A DNA stretch of 64,000 nt, taken from a virus. Shown piece after piece: positions 44,536-54,274 of the stretch. The position numbers were made by a program, and so were the translations under genes. The stretch covers positions 8,436-72,435 of the IMG/VR virus record IMGVR_UViG_3300028837_001398; one strand, given 5' to 3'. The notes under the pieces were generated by a model. It had not been told where the DNA came from and made no database searches. It was given only the letters and a program-made list of their open reading frames with translations. How positions within the stretch are numbered: position 1 is the stretch's first letter; each line of letters opens with the position of its first letter.

Positions 44536-45233
44536 CTGGCTGCATTCCCCGTCCTTGCCTGCGCCCTCTCCCTCGCCCACCGGCCCTTCTGCCCCTCACT
44601 CATTCTCTTCCGTTGCTCCGGGGTGAACTTGTAGGTCCGTTGCTTCTCCACTGGCCTTTCGTCGGCAGGCTCCTCTTCCCCCTTCCGAGGATGGTGCAGC
44701 CCGATTGTCGCGCACCTGTTCCAGTGCCGGCGCTGCCTCACGACTTCGTCGGCCACCCGCCCTGCGCGAATCACAGTTACCCGCTGCGCCAGGTCCTCGA
44801 TCTCTGCGCTGGCATCGCCCACGATCTCGAGCAGTTCCTCCTGCCGCCGCAGCAGCGCGGGAACCGCGTACCTGGCACGCTTGAACGCCTCTTTCTTCTG
44901 CCCGAGCCGCCTGAGCAGGCTCTCCACCTGCTTGCGGGACATCTGCTCTATGTCAATTCTCTGGTCCAGTTCCGGCCACTTGTCCTCGACTGCCTCTGCC
45001 GTTGCCATGATCGCTGGTGCCTCCTTCGTGCTGTGGTCCGTCAACTCAAGCATCCCGAGCAAGTAGCGCAGTGCCATCCGCGGCATACACGGCTCCTGGG
45101 GAATCGCGCCGCAGTCAGCCGCCACGCTGACGCCGGTCAAGCCGCAGATGTGCTCGTAGCTCGTGGTCTCTTCGATGTAGGGGCAGCGCATGTCACGGGT
45201 CTCCGCTCGGATTGCTGTCTCAGTACTCGTCAT
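44532..45233 (-). CDS. Hypothetical protein (Cys motif and coiled coil)
   Basis: Coupled ORF in the early/middle gene string. Confidence 0.6.
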   Translation of the reverse strand: MTSTETAIRAETRDMRCPYIEETTSYEHICGLTGVSVAADCGAIPQEPCMPRMALRYLLGMLELTDHSTKEAPAIMATAEAVEDKWPELDQRIDIEQMSRKQVESLLRRLGQKKEAFKRARYAVPALLRRQEELLEIVGDASAEIEDLAQRVTVIRAGRVADEVVRQRRHWNRCATIGLHHPRKGEEEPADERPVEKQRTYKFTPEQRKRMSEGQKGRWARERAQARTGNAAR

Positions 45234-45483
45234 CTGGTTTCATCTCTCGTCCCGCCTGACCTAAGACTCTCGCGATATCCTCCATGCTCGGCAGCACCGC
45301 GTTCAGGGCCCGCATCGCCTTTATCAACGGCTCAGGATCATCATAGGCGCTGACGAGTAAGGTATCGAAGATGTCGCCGCGCCCTAGCCGGAGCCGAGAG
45401 CGTGATTGCTCCACATGGCAACGTAAGCGCCACTCCCGCCAGCACTGATGCAACTGTCCCAGCCAATTTCTCATGGTACGCAT
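45220..45483 (-). CDS. Hypothetical protein
   Basis: Co-oriented ORF with RBS. Confidence 0.45.
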   Translation of the reverse strand: MRTMRNWLGQLHQCWREWRLRCHVEQSRSRLRLGRGDIFDTLLVSAYDDPEPLIKAMRALNAVLPSMEDIARVLGQAGREMKPDDEY

Positions 45484-45511
45484 CTATTCTCGCTCCTCTC
45501 AGGGGTCTCCC

Positions 45512-46057
45512 TCATTCCACCACCACCGCGCAGTCTTCGACGTACAGCCCTGCCCTCACCGGCTCCCCCCACCACTCTGGCGCCGGATGCCGGCGGCTCC
45601 ACCGCCAGTCTACGAACAGCCCCTCCGCCACCACGAATGCACCGCCTTCCCACGCGACTATGGTCGCCGCAGTCCACTCCCCTACCCGATATCGCGGACT
45701 CTCCCCCGAGCTGAGGAACGTCTGTCTCGGGGTGAGCTCCCTGTCGAAGCACTCCAGGTGCCAGCCGTTTTCCTTGGGGACGAAGGCCAGAAAGGCCGTC
45801 GGTGTCCCGATGATGAGCCACGCGACCTCCCAGGGGTTCGGCTGCTCCCGCCGCTGAGAAGATACCCGCCACCGCGCCGTCACCGCCTGTGGGAACCGGG
45901 GCTGCTCCTCGATCCAGTAGAAGGCCGAGCGTGTGTCCCCGTCCCACCGCAGAGGCAGACTCGCTATCGCCTTCGGCCGCGCATCTACAAACCCGATACC
46001 CACCACGAGCGTGATTCCGAGCAGTCCGCAGGCAAGGGCGAATCCTCGTGTCATCAC
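45512..46057 (-). CDS. Hypothetical exported or membrane-anchored protein
   Basis: N-terminal hydrophobic helix; Trp-rich beta region. Confidence 0.55.
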   Translation of the reverse strand: MMTRGFALACGLLGITLVVGIGFVDARPKAIASLPLRWDGDTRSAFYWIEEQPRFPQAVTARWRVSSQRREQPNPWEVAWLIIGTPTAFLAFVPKENGWHLECFDRELTPRQTFLSSGESPRYRVGEWTAATIVAWEGGAFVVAEGLFVDWRWSRRHPAPEWWGEPVRAGLYVEDCAVVVE

Positions 46058-47589
46058 GCCTCAATCCCTAGTCTCTGCTGCGCCGTCGCCCGCCGGATTC
46101 GCTCCTCGCCAAGGGTCACATAATCTGGATTCAGCTCGCACCCCGCCCAGCGCCGGCCGAACTTGTGCGCGGCGAGAGCTACGGTCCCGCTACCCATGAA
46201 GGGGTCTATCACGAGGCCCGGCTCGGCACCACGGCCGCCGCAGTCGCAGGTGGGGAGGAAGCCGAGAGTGCGCGTGTGGGCTGGTCTTACCATTGTGCCA
46301 GAGCTGGCGGTTCTATTGCCTGCCCGCTCGCCCCAATCGGTCCGCTTGATAACCATGCTTTCCCGCTCCACCTCCCTCACCCACGGAGTCCCGCACTCAG
46401 CGCAGACCTTATGCGGACAGCCAGCCTGAATCATGGGGGCGACTAACCGTTCGGGGAAGGTCGCGAAGTGTGAGAGCCAGGAGTCAGACGCGCCACACCC
46501 AGCGCAGACACGCTTGCCCGTTGCCTTTGGTGGAACGCCATTGGACCCCTCTAGCTCCTTCCCCACGAAGAATGCCTGGATTTCGAAGTCTGTCAGTGGC
46601 AGCCGCCTGAACTCCGAGGGCGAGTACACCCGCTTGCAGGCAGAACACATCTCCCACGCCATCGGCTGCGGGCTTATCGTCCACACGTTGCGGAGGTTGC
46701 GGCCGGCACCATGGAATGAATGGTCGTTTCCTTGAGTTGCTTGTGTACCTTTGCCGTCCCTATTCGCATTCGGGCCGAATGCGTGTGCCGACTTATCACC
46801 CAGCGTCGCGTGCGCCTCCCTCACCGCATCCCCGTCGTAGAAGTAGGTCGAGTTCTTCGTCAGCAGGTACACCATCTCATACGCGCTCGTCGGTCGGTCA
46901 CGACACGATTCCGGCATGAGGCTGCCCGAGTAGGTGTCGCAGAAGGAGACGCCCTTGGCCCAGACGATTGCAGAACGCAGATACCAGCCGTCCAGGTACT
47001 GCGAGGTCATGGCCCACTTTCGCAGCATGAACTCAGCCATCTCGACCATCTGCCAATCCTGCTTCTCGCGCGCCTCCTTCAGCAGGTCTGCCGCGTCCAT
47101 GATGGCGCTGCCGGGTACCACCGCGAAACCCTGGAGGCCGAATGCGAGTCGCCAGGGCATTCCGCACAGGTCCTTGGGCTTGAGGCTCTCGACCGCGCCA
47201 TGTCGCCCCCTGCCATTTCGATTCTGCCGCTGATAGCCGTCGGTGCCGATGGTGTCGCCCGCACCGCCAAAGCGATGGTGTGACTGCGATATGCCGGGGT
47301 TCACTTCGTTACTGTGCGGCCCCCCGCTCCCCGCATACGAGTCCCCGATATTCAGCCAGAGCGTGCCGTCCTCCCGCAACACGCGCCGCAGATCACGGAA
47401 CACCTCGACCATGTGCTCGATGTACAACTCCGGCGTGGGTTCGAGGCCGAGCTGACCATCCATGCCATAATCCCTGAGCGACCAGTACGGCGGCGAGGTT
47501 ATCGCACAGTGAACGGACTCGTCGGGCAGACCCGCAAGCCACTCTCGCACGTCGCCCTGGTAGATTCGGTCAACCGCCAACTGTGCCAC
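46054..47589 (-). CDS. DNA N4-C/N6-A methyltransferase (beta class) with several insertions
   Basis: TSPPYWSLRDY, LWLNIGDSY, HFATFP and DPFMGSGT motifs. Confidence 0.92.
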   Translation of the reverse strand: MAQLAVDRIYQGDVREWLAGLPDESVHCAITSPPYWSLRDYGMDGQLGLEPTPELYIEHMVEVFRDLRRVLREDGTLWLNIGDSYAGSGGPHSNEVNPGISQSHHRFGGAGDTIGTDGYQRQNRNGRGRHGAVESLKPKDLCGMPWRLAFGLQGFAVVPGSAIMDAADLLKEAREKQDWQMVEMAEFMLRKWAMTSQYLDGWYLRSAIVWAKGVSFCDTYSGSLMPESCRDRPTSAYEMVYLLTKNSTYFYDGDAVREAHATLGDKSAHAFGPNANRDGKGTQATQGNDHSFHGAGRNLRNVWTISPQPMAWEMCSACKRVYSPSEFRRLPLTDFEIQAFFVGKELEGSNGVPPKATGKRVCAGCGASDSWLSHFATFPERLVAPMIQAGCPHKVCAECGTPWVREVERESMVIKRTDWGERAGNRTASSGTMVRPAHTRTLGFLPTCDCGGRGAEPGLVIDPFMGSGTVALAAHKFGRRWAGCELNPDYVTLGEERIRRATAQQRLGIEA

Positions 47590-48011
47590 TACTGCCCCTC
47601 CCCTTCCTCGCCCAAGCCCGGAGTTCCTGAGCGGCCAGCGCCCTCCTCCTTCACCACACCCACCGCATCATCTTCCCCTTTCGCCTCCTTCACCGCCGCG
47701 TCATGTACCCGCAGGGCCTGACAGCAGGTACAACTACAGTATTGACCGTGGAGCTTCCCTCTTGCCCCCGGTCCCCCCCAAGCACCCGCGCTCAGATACC
47801 GCTGTGAGAGGCGCAAGGGAAGGGCTAGACCCTCAGCATCCCGCCGCCACTTGTCCCGCTCCGCCTCCGCAGCCCCCTTTGCGGCGCACTGGTAGCGCCA
47901 GCACCTGTCAGGCGGCCAGTCCTCACACCGTGCCCCATTCTGCAGAGCGCAGAGTATTGGCCGTGTCCCGTACTCGCCCTTTATTTGCGTACCATACCGA
48001 CACTTACTCAT
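47589..48011 (-). CDS. Hypothetical Cys-rich protein
   Basis: Co-oriented ORF coupled to its neighbours. Confidence 0.5.
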   Translation of the reverse strand: MSKCRYGTQIKGEYGTRPILCALQNGARCEDWPPDRCWRYQCAAKGAAEAERDKWRRDAEGLALPLRLSQRYLSAGAWGGPGARGKLHGQYCSCTCCQALRVHDAAVKEAKGEDDAVGVVKEEGAGRSGTPGLGEEGEGQ

Positions 48012-48363
48012 CGCTCTCATCCTCCGGCCGTGCGGCATCGCGTGGCTTCAGTACCACGACGACCACCTGAGAACCCTCGCTGTCGTATCCGAGGGTCCCC
48101 CTGATAACATCCACGAGCAGGTCGCCAAGTGGCTCTGGTTGGCCTGCGCGGTCGGGCGACCGTCGCTTATTCCAACGACCACCCTCGCCATAGAATTCCG
48201 TGCCGGCTCGCCGGTTGCCCCACCCAAGGACGCCCCAGAACACGGACTCGCCCCCCTCGATCTTACCATGCAGGGCGGCCATGATCTCTCTAGTCCGGCG
48301 GTTCGGCTCATGCAGCGGGTAGCCCGAGTCCTTTACTTCCTCACGATAGTCACGACTTGGCAT
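48004..48363 (-). CDS. Hypothetical protein
   Basis: Co-oriented ORF coupled to its neighbours. Confidence 0.5.
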   Translation of the reverse strand: MPSRDYREEVKDSGYPLHEPNRRTREIMAALHGKIEGGESVFWGVLGWGNRRAGTEFYGEGGRWNKRRSPDRAGQPEPLGDLLVDVIRGTLGYDSEGSQVVVVVLKPRDAARPEDESDE

Positions 48364-48649
48364 CGCTCTCTCCCTTGGGCAGCCCCGCCAGGGCGTCGGC
48401 GCAGCTTCGATTAATTCTCAGAACCCTATCTATGGCTACCTTGGCTATGTCTTCCGCACTGAATACCCTCTCCATTGCGCTTGTGACGCTGTAGGTCAAC
48501 ATCACCGCCTCCACCAACGCGGGGACCGGGCAGGAGGCGCAGTGAATTGGCGCAACCCACATACCTGGGCCCACCCCACAGTATCGAAGTTCATGCTTTG
48601 TCGGTTCGCTCCCGAACACACACGGCCGCCACTCTGTCTTCTCAGCCAT
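48350..48649 (-). CDS. Hypothetical protein (C-terminus shared with 48642-48902)
   Basis: ...LVEAV...ALAGLPKGE. Confidence 0.5.
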   Translation of the reverse strand: MAEKTEWRPCVFGSEPTKHELRYCGVGPGMWVAPIHCASCPVPALVEAVMLTYSVTSAMERVFSAEDIAKVAIDRVLRINRSCADALAGLPKGESDAKS

Positions 48650-48902
48650 GTTTCTCCTCTCCCTTCGGCAGCATCGCGAAGGCTGCCTTGAGTAACGCTC
48701 GCACAGGATCGCCAATGCCATCACCGTCCAGCCCGCGCCACTCATCTGCCGCCTTCACCGCCTCGACGAACGCGGCCACCGTCTCCTGCGGCAATATGAA
48801 GTCCTCGCCGTGGACACGGCAGCCCCTTGCGGGATGATCCCGCCCCGCGCCCTTGACATAGCCTTCCACCAGTTTCTTCCGGCACCAACATGTCTTAATC
48901 AT
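48642..48902 (-). CDS. Hypothetical protein
   Basis: ...FVEAV...AFAMLPKGE. Confidence 0.5.
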   Translation of the reverse strand: MIKTCWCRKKLVEGYVKGAGRDHPARGCRVHGEDFILPQETVAAFVEAVKAADEWRGLDGDGIGDPVRALLKAAFAMLPKGEEKHG

Positions 48903-48904
48903 CC

Positions 48905-49231
48905 TCAACCTCCCTCGGCAGGACTGACATACCGATTGCCAGCCCAATCCCGTCCAGAGCGCCATCCCGGATTCGGTGAACCATCCGGCATTCGGAAACG
49001 CACCTCAGCAAAGCGGTGCCAGTCGTGCCAATGGAACGCAATGTCCCAGCTATCAGGGTTCCCTGCCCACTCACAGAGGACAGTCCAGAGCCGCGGCAGG
49101 TCCTCGGCGTTGCAGTCGATCTGAATCAGCATCTCGTGTTCGCACGAACAGGTGGTATTGAACCCCTCGTTACGGAGATACCTTACCGCCTCACGCACCC
49201 ACGGCTCTATGTTGTCATACCAGTCAGCCAT
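48905..49231 (-). CDS. Hypothetical protein related to 35272-35976
   Basis: IE..V..AV..L...GF.T..SC.H motif. Confidence 0.55.
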   Translation of the reverse strand: MADWYDNIEPWVREAVRYLRNEGFNTTCSCEHEMLIQIDCNAEDLPRLWTVLCEWAGNPDSWDIAFHWHDWHRFAEVRFRMPDGSPNPGWRSGRDWAGNRYVSPAEGG

Positions 49232-49243
49232 CCTCAGCCTCCT

Positions 49244-49420
49244 TCACTTGGTCGCACGCGCATACATCCGCAACGCCCGCCGAATCGCCGCCTCAAGCTC
49301 TCGCCTCGTCATGGGTAGGGTCCCGTGATTGCACACACAATCGATCCATTGCAGGGCCTGCTCGGCAACAGCCTCCAGTTCCTCCGCAGCCTCTTTGAGC
49401 GTCGGCTTCCTACGTGCCAT
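49244..49420 (-). CDS. Hypothetical protein
   Basis: GAGGAGG RBS; short helical ORF. Confidence 0.45.
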   Translation of the reverse strand: MARRKPTLKEAAEELEAVAEQALQWIDCVCNHGTLPMTRRELEAAIRRALRMYARATK

Positions 49421-49661
49421 CGTCAGCCTCCTCGCGCCTCCGCCTACGCGCACCCGCTACCTGGACTAAGCACCAGATACAACATCCACAGCAGAACAAT
49501 ACAAGGCCGATGAAAAATACCTTGGCGACTTCCTCCTCTACGCTCTGCACGCCCCACAACCAAGAGAACGTCTCACCCAAAGTCACTATCACCCTCCACC
49601 CTTGAGCGGGATTGGCCTGTCTTCTAGGCTTTCTTCTTCATCCGGTGTCACCGGCATCGTT

Positions 49662-50498
49662 TCATCCCATCCACGGCAGCGACGCCCGCCGTTCGCCCAG
49701 CCACGGCAGCACCGGGCAACCCTTGCGTAGCTCGCCACTACCGTCTTCGTCCGTGGCCATCTGCTTGACCATGACCGGCACGCCCGCAACGTCGCATTGC
49801 TGCACGAGCTCCCGAATCCAGGCGTGAGGCGTCGGCCGGCGCTGGGAACCGGACTCGCAGCCGATGATGACGGCATCTATGGCAGGCGGTCCAGACCACA
49901 AGTAATCGGCGTATAATCCTTCGCCCTGCCGTAGGTCTACCGCCTCCAGCATCGGCTCTACGCTCAGGAACCTATGCGCGGCAGGCGTGTCGAGCACAAT
50001 CGGTGCCTTCTCGTCGGCCTCTGCTTGATTCGAGACGGAGACGCCGAGCCAAAGATTGCCCCAGGCATTCGCGTTGCCCGTTGCATCCAGGCCTCCGTAG
50101 TGCTGAAAGAACTCGCGCTGCCTTTCTGGTCGCTTTGTCAGCAGTAGATAGGTGTGTTGTGGGGTTCTTCGCACTGTCGTGAGAACATCTGCGATGAAGT
50201 CTGTCGGGACCCCTTCGTGGAACAGATCCCCCATGCTCGGCACGAAGACAACCCGTGGCTTCCGCCAGTGTAGGGGCTGGTCGAGCCGGTCCTCGTGGCA
50301 GATCACGCGGGAGAAGGGGACGGGTAGTGTGGTGTAGCAGTCCGGTGTGCCCACGTGTTCCGTCCCCCCATGCGACTGCGGGAACCGCCGCGCCATGTCC
50401 GCGGCATAGCAGTGCAGGCACCCAGGACTGCACGGGGTACAGCCCGAGACGGGGTTCCAGGTTGATTCCGTCCACTCGATTGTGGTCTTACTCGCCAT
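49662..50498 (-). CDS. Phage Gp37/Gp68 (DUF5131) radical-SAM-like protein
   Basis: TIEWTESTWNPVSGCT..SPGC.HCYA, SMGDLFH, LLTKRP and SVEPML motifs. Confidence 0.92.
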   Translation of the reverse strand: MASKTTIEWTESTWNPVSGCTPCSPGCLHCYAADMARRFPQSHGGTEHVGTPDCYTTLPVPFSRVICHEDRLDQPLHWRKPRVVFVPSMGDLFHEGVPTDFIADVLTTVRRTPQHTYLLLTKRPERQREFFQHYGGLDATGNANAWGNLWLGVSVSNQAEADEKAPIVLDTPAAHRFLSVEPMLEAVDLRQGEGLYADYLWSGPPAIDAVIIGCESGSQRRPTPHAWIRELVQQCDVAGVPVMVKQMATDEDGSGELRKGCPVLPWLGERRASLPWMG

Positions 50499-50721
50499 CG
50501 CTCACCTCGCTCAAGTCTAACCTACCGTCGCTCGCCATCTCACTCAGGGAATCCCCGACCCGGCCCGCGGCAACGCAGAGCTGGCGGTTTGCCCCATATG
50601 ACGAGACCCGGTATCTCCCATCCTCGATCTCCAGCACTATAACGGCCTTCGAGCCGAACCGTTTGCACAGTTCGCGGGCCGCCATGATATGCGGATCGCG
50701 CCGCCAGTTCGGGTCAGCCAT
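50488..50721 (-). CDS. Hypothetical protein
   Basis: Coupled ORF. Confidence 0.5.
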   Translation of the reverse strand: MADPNWRRDPHIMAARELCKRFGSKAVIVLEIEDGRYRVSSYGANRQLCVAAGRVGDSLSEMASDGRLDLSEVSDGE

Positions 50722-50744
50722 GTCGCCTCACGCCCTCACCCTCC

Positions 50745-51593
50745 TCACGAGCTCACACCATGCGCGCGCATGGCCGGCAGCCGCTTCGTCGCTAGCATCG
50801 CGGCCGGCCGCGTCCACTTTCTCTGCAATGCCCGCCAATCCGGGCTATAGTCTATGTGCCTGTCCGCAGGCTGGTAGAGCATCGCGAATGGCAACGCGCC
50901 AGTGTCCAGTACCATCTGCAAGCGCGCTCCAGCAGCCTCGACACTATCGCGTCCGAATCCGCAGAGCACGAAGCACCTCACCTGCCGCAGGCCCAAGCCT
51001 GCCGCCCGCAGTCGCACGATCGCCGACTCAGTGTCCGCCCACTGGGTCTCTGCATCATAGGCAACGAACAAATCCTCAATGGGCAGAGACCGAAGCTCCT
51101 CAATGCGAGTATCCGTCAGGCGTTCCGCCTCAATCCCTCCCGCGAACTTCACCCGCCTGCCCTGCGCCACGAGCATCGCGAAGACGGCCTCGATATGCCT
51201 ATCAGAACATGCCAGCAGGTTGTTGTCCTGCACATCGTAACCGTCACGAATCGGCAGCTCTCGAATGCCGCCCTCTCGCCGCCACGCCAGACACCACGGG
51301 CAGCGGTTCGGGCAGCCGCGGGAAGTGATTGTGTAGCCTGGTCGGAGGTAGCGGCCGGGTTCGAACTCCTCGCCAATGTCGTCAAAAGCAGGCCCGCCTA
51401 TGCGTACCTTCCCAGGATAGTACGCACCCCATGCCCGCTCCAGCCGTTTCGCCTCCGGTATGTCCCAAGTGAAGGTGACGCTTACATGCACTTCATCCGC
51501 CTCAGGCCGGAAGAGAGAAGGGTCTCCGACGAAGGCTAGCGCGTCTATTGGGGTTGCCTTCGTTCGGCGCGGGAATACCCGGAGAATCCTCAT
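50745..51593 (-). CDS. Radical SAM protein
   Basis: SRGCPNRCPWC (CxxxCxxC) and DNNLLA motifs. Confidence 0.88.
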   Translation of the reverse strand: MRILRVFPRRTKATPIDALAFVGDPSLFRPEADEVHVSVTFTWDIPEAKRLERAWGAYYPGKVRIGGPAFDDIGEEFEPGRYLRPGYTITSRGCPNRCPWCLAWRREGGIRELPIRDGYDVQDNNLLACSDRHIEAVFAMLVAQGRRVKFAGGIEAERLTDTRIEELRSLPIEDLFVAYDAETQWADTESAIVRLRAAGLGLRQVRCFVLCGFGRDSVEAAGARLQMVLDTGALPFAMLYQPADRHIDYSPDWRALQRKWTRPAAMLATKRLPAMRAHGVSS

Positions 51594-51973
51594 GCCCTCG
51601 CCCTCATCTCCCGCTGCATCTCCTCCCACCGCGGAACCGCCGCGAGGAAGATCGCGCAGGCATCTCTCACATGCTCACCCTTCTCCCCGTCGAGCTCCCG
51701 CAGTTCCTCCCGGCTCAGAATCTCCGCGAAGCTGGATCGCAGCACCGCCCACGCTAACGCCGGTGCTTGCCCGTGCTGGCCGGGTACCTGGATCGTCACC
51801 TCCGGCGGGTGAGGACAGCTACCCGCCACCATACAAATCCCCCCCCCCATCCAGGACTGCGAGACGCCGACATGGCGCCGCCCTATCACGCTGATCGGCA
51901 TAGCCACGCGCGTCGCGCCCATCACCGCCTTACAGACTTGCGCTCGGGCCTCGTCTCGTGTCATCTCACTCAT
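51590..51973 (-). CDS. Hypothetical protein
   Basis: Coupled ORF; contains a G10 run. Confidence 0.5.
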   Translation of the reverse strand: MSEMTRDEARAQVCKAVMGATRVAMPISVIGRRHVGVSQSWMGGGICMVAGSCPHPPEVTIQVPGQHGQAPALAWAVLRSSFAEILSREELRELDGEKGEHVRDACAIFLAAVPRWEEMQREMRARA

Positions 51974-51976
51974 CGC

Positions 51977-52276
51977 TCACCTCTCCGCCGCCCGCGCAGA
52001 GTCCCACATCAACTCCGTCTCATCTGCTAGGCACCCAAACTCATCCAACCACTCTTCAGCAACTATCGCCTCGGCTTCCGCGGCATCTGTCGCCGATACC
52101 TCGAAGACCTTGTAGCCGCTCACCGGCACCCTGACCACAAAGACGCGTTCCTTGGCCTGTTCCTCTTCGTAGAGTTCACACTCCTTCTCATATCTCCGCA
52201 GCGCCAGGAACTGCTTCCGACTGTTGCCGTCTAGCCTGCCGCGCAGAATCTCTGGAATCGGTGGCCGACCGCTCAT
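51977..52276 (-). CDS. Hypothetical protein
   Basis: Coupled ORF; VEA..AAEA motif. Confidence 0.5.
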   Translation of the reverse strand: MSGRPPIPEILRGRLDGNSRKQFLALRRYEKECELYEEEQAKERVFVVRVPVSGYKVFEVSATDAAEAEAIVAEEWLDEFGCLADETELMWDSARAAER

Positions 52277-52890
52277 GTCGCCCCCCTGATTTTCTCCGCC
52301 GCATATCGCCAAAGCACAATGTCTACGACGGGTACTGGGTCACCGGTCAGGTTGCTTATACGTTCACAGAACTCTTGCACATCCAAGTATCCGTGTTCAA
52401 ATGCCATGCCTACTAGATGTCGATCTGGCTTCGCGATGGGGGCGCCGAGGTTCTTAGCGAGATGAAACATCGTTACTTCCCCAATCATGGGAAAGGATAG
52501 CAGGCGCCGCGGCATTTTATCTCTGAGCGATATCTTCAGTTGCGCCCAGCCAAGCATGTCAACCATCGCCGCGCCAGCGATGATAGCATCCACCTTTCGG
52601 CGATTCCCGAAGACCTCAAGTGCTTTCTGCCGACACTCGGCCGCGTGTTCTGTGATCTGTCGCGCCGAGTCCCACCCACAGAATGCCGCAGAGATAGCGG
52701 GGAACTTCCCCCGAATCACCTTCTCCCGGAAGCCAGAACAGAGTATCACCCATGCAAGTTCCCGAAGGAAGTCGCTCTCGGTAATCGCCGCAAAATCCCG
52801 CGTCGCCTGCCATTGGGCCTCCCAGCCGTAACCGGCCGCGACGACGCGTTGCTTCGCCTCCAAGTAGAATGCCCGTAGATCAGCACTCAC
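52273..52890 (-). CDS. HhH-superfamily DNA glycosylase-like protein
   Basis: VILCSGF, FGNRRKVDAI, FPMIGEVT (HhH) and KPDRH motifs. Confidence 0.65.
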   Translation of the reverse strand: MSADLRAFYLEAKQRVVAAGYGWEAQWQATRDFAAITESDFLRELAWVILCSGFREKVIRGKFPAISAAFCGWDSARQITEHAAECRQKALEVFGNRRKVDAIIAGAAMVDMLGWAQLKISLRDKMPRRLLSFPMIGEVTMFHLAKNLGAPIAKPDRHLVGMAFEHGYLDVQEFCERISNLTGDPVPVVDIVLWRYAAEKIRGAT

Positions 52891-53117
52891 TTCGCCCCCC
52901 GAATCCTCGCCACCGCACGGCAGAGGGCGCGCCACAGCCGCCCCCACCAGGACGGTCGTTTATAGAACTCATCGCTTATGACGCATACCCTTGGACCCTT
53001 CCCCAGCACCCACTCGGTGTGAGAAACCCACCAGCCGGTTCGCGCCATGCGTTCTGCCAGCGCGTCGAGTCTTTTCTCGGTGTTAATCTCAAGCTCACGC
53101 CAGCTCAGCCATGTCAT
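52887..53117 (-). CDS. Hypothetical protein
   Basis: Coupled ORF. Confidence 0.45.
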   Translation of the reverse strand: MTWLSWRELEINTEKRLDALAERMARTGWWVSHTEWVLGKGPRVCVISDEFYKRPSWWGRLWRALCRAVARIRGAK

Positions 53118-53521
53118 GTCGCTGCCTCCAGTACTGCTTTGATAACGTCACCGTGGCAGGGCTTCGGGGCGCACCAGCACACGAGAGTTAGCTTGCCGTG
53201 CTTCTCGTGAAGGGCACGGAGGCGGGCGAGTTCTATCCTCATTCCGGGGATAGCGCCGTCCGTCTTATAGCCAGAGACCGCCAGTTCCAGATCACCCCTA
53301 TATGCAGCCAGCACCTCATCTCGGGATGCCTTCTCGACCTCTCGGAGATACCGCGCACCGTTCCTGAGTTCTGGTACGAAACAGTGCCGGCCAACGCGGT
53401 GCGGATTCGCCAACCGACTCGCCTTCAGTCCCTTGCGTGGAGCCGCCCGCCCCACGTAGACATACCACTCCGGCCACTCGCTCGGAGGTCCAAGGTCGCG
53501 GGCGTTGGCTATTTCGATCAC
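53114..53521 (-). CDS. DUF4326-family protein
   Basis: VYVGR...S.LANP and LVCWCAPKPCHGDVI motifs. Confidence 0.85.
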   Translation of the reverse strand: MIEIANARDLGPPSEWPEWYVYVGRAAPRKGLKASRLANPHRVGRHCFVPELRNGARYLREVEKASRDEVLAAYRGDLELAVSGYKTDGAIPGMRIELARLRALHEKHGKLTLVCWCAPKPCHGDVIKAVLEAAT

Positions 53522-53880
53522 TGCTGCGCCTCCAGTTCCTTGAACTTGGCGAGGGCGGCATCCAGCATCTCGCTAGCCTGTTGTGATACCATCCACGGAC
53601 CGCCATCCTCGAACAGACATATATCGTCCTTGATTTCCTTGAGCGCATCCCCCAACGCCCTGACATCCTTCCAGTCCACCACTCGCTCCGGCGGGTTCTC
53701 GGGATTGAGGTGGAGGGCGACGAGGGCGGCGCGGGCTAGCTCTTTCCATCTTCGCTGGGACTGATCTCCAGTCTGATCCCACGCGCTATGCGATTCAGTG
53801 ACTGTCTGTACATTGCCGGGTTGGGCTTGGGAATTGACTACAAACATCGCCTCCGCCAGCGCATCTACCCTGTCACTCAC
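53518..53880 (-). CDS. Hypothetical protein, tandem paralog A
   Basis: MSD..D.LA.A / ARAAL.AL / VDW.DV..L..A / AALA.FKELEAQ blocks. Confidence 0.65.
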   Translation of the reverse strand: MSDRVDALAEAMFVVNSQAQPGNVQTVTESHSAWDQTGDQSQRRWKELARAALVALHLNPENPPERVVDWKDVRALGDALKEIKDDICLFEDGGPWMVSQQASEMLDAALAKFKELEAQQ

Positions 53881-54274
53881 GCTGCGCCTCCAGTTCCTTG
53901 AACCGAGCGAGGGCGGCTATACCCTTTCCAACTGGGCAATCTGTTTTGTGCTTGATGTCATGCCCCTCGCCATTGGCGCTTTGCTGTTCACACCACGGGC
54001 AATGCCAATTCCGATTCGAGGCGCTTGAGCAAAGCCAGTCCTTGGGATCGCATAATGCCTTCACCGCCCCCACCAGCGGCTTCACATCCTCCCAGTCCAC
54101 GGCGTGTGTGGGCGGGTCCTTGAGGCCGAGGGCGTCGAGGGCGGCGCGGGCCTGCTCATAAGCCAAGGACTTTACATCATGTGGTGCGATAGCCCACTCT
54201 TCCTCGGATGGCCTATATTCCCCGTAGGGTGCATCGGCAATCGCCTTCGCCAGCCGATCCAGGTTGTCACTCAT
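53873..54274 (-). CDS. Hypothetical protein, tandem paralog B
   Basis: Same conserved blocks as 53518-53880, with a CPWC...H..DC insert. Confidence 0.65.
   Translation of the reverse strand: MSDNLDRLAKAIADAPYGEYRPSEEEWAIAPHDVKSLAYEQARAALDALGLKDPPTHAVDWEDVKPLVGAVKALCDPKDWLCSSASNRNWHCPWCEQQSANGEGHDIKHKTDCPVGKGIAALARFKELEAQRE

Noticed and set aside
51839-51848. C10/G10 homopolymer as a phase-variation switch
   Set aside because: In frame in a hypothetical gene, single instance, no evidence of length variation
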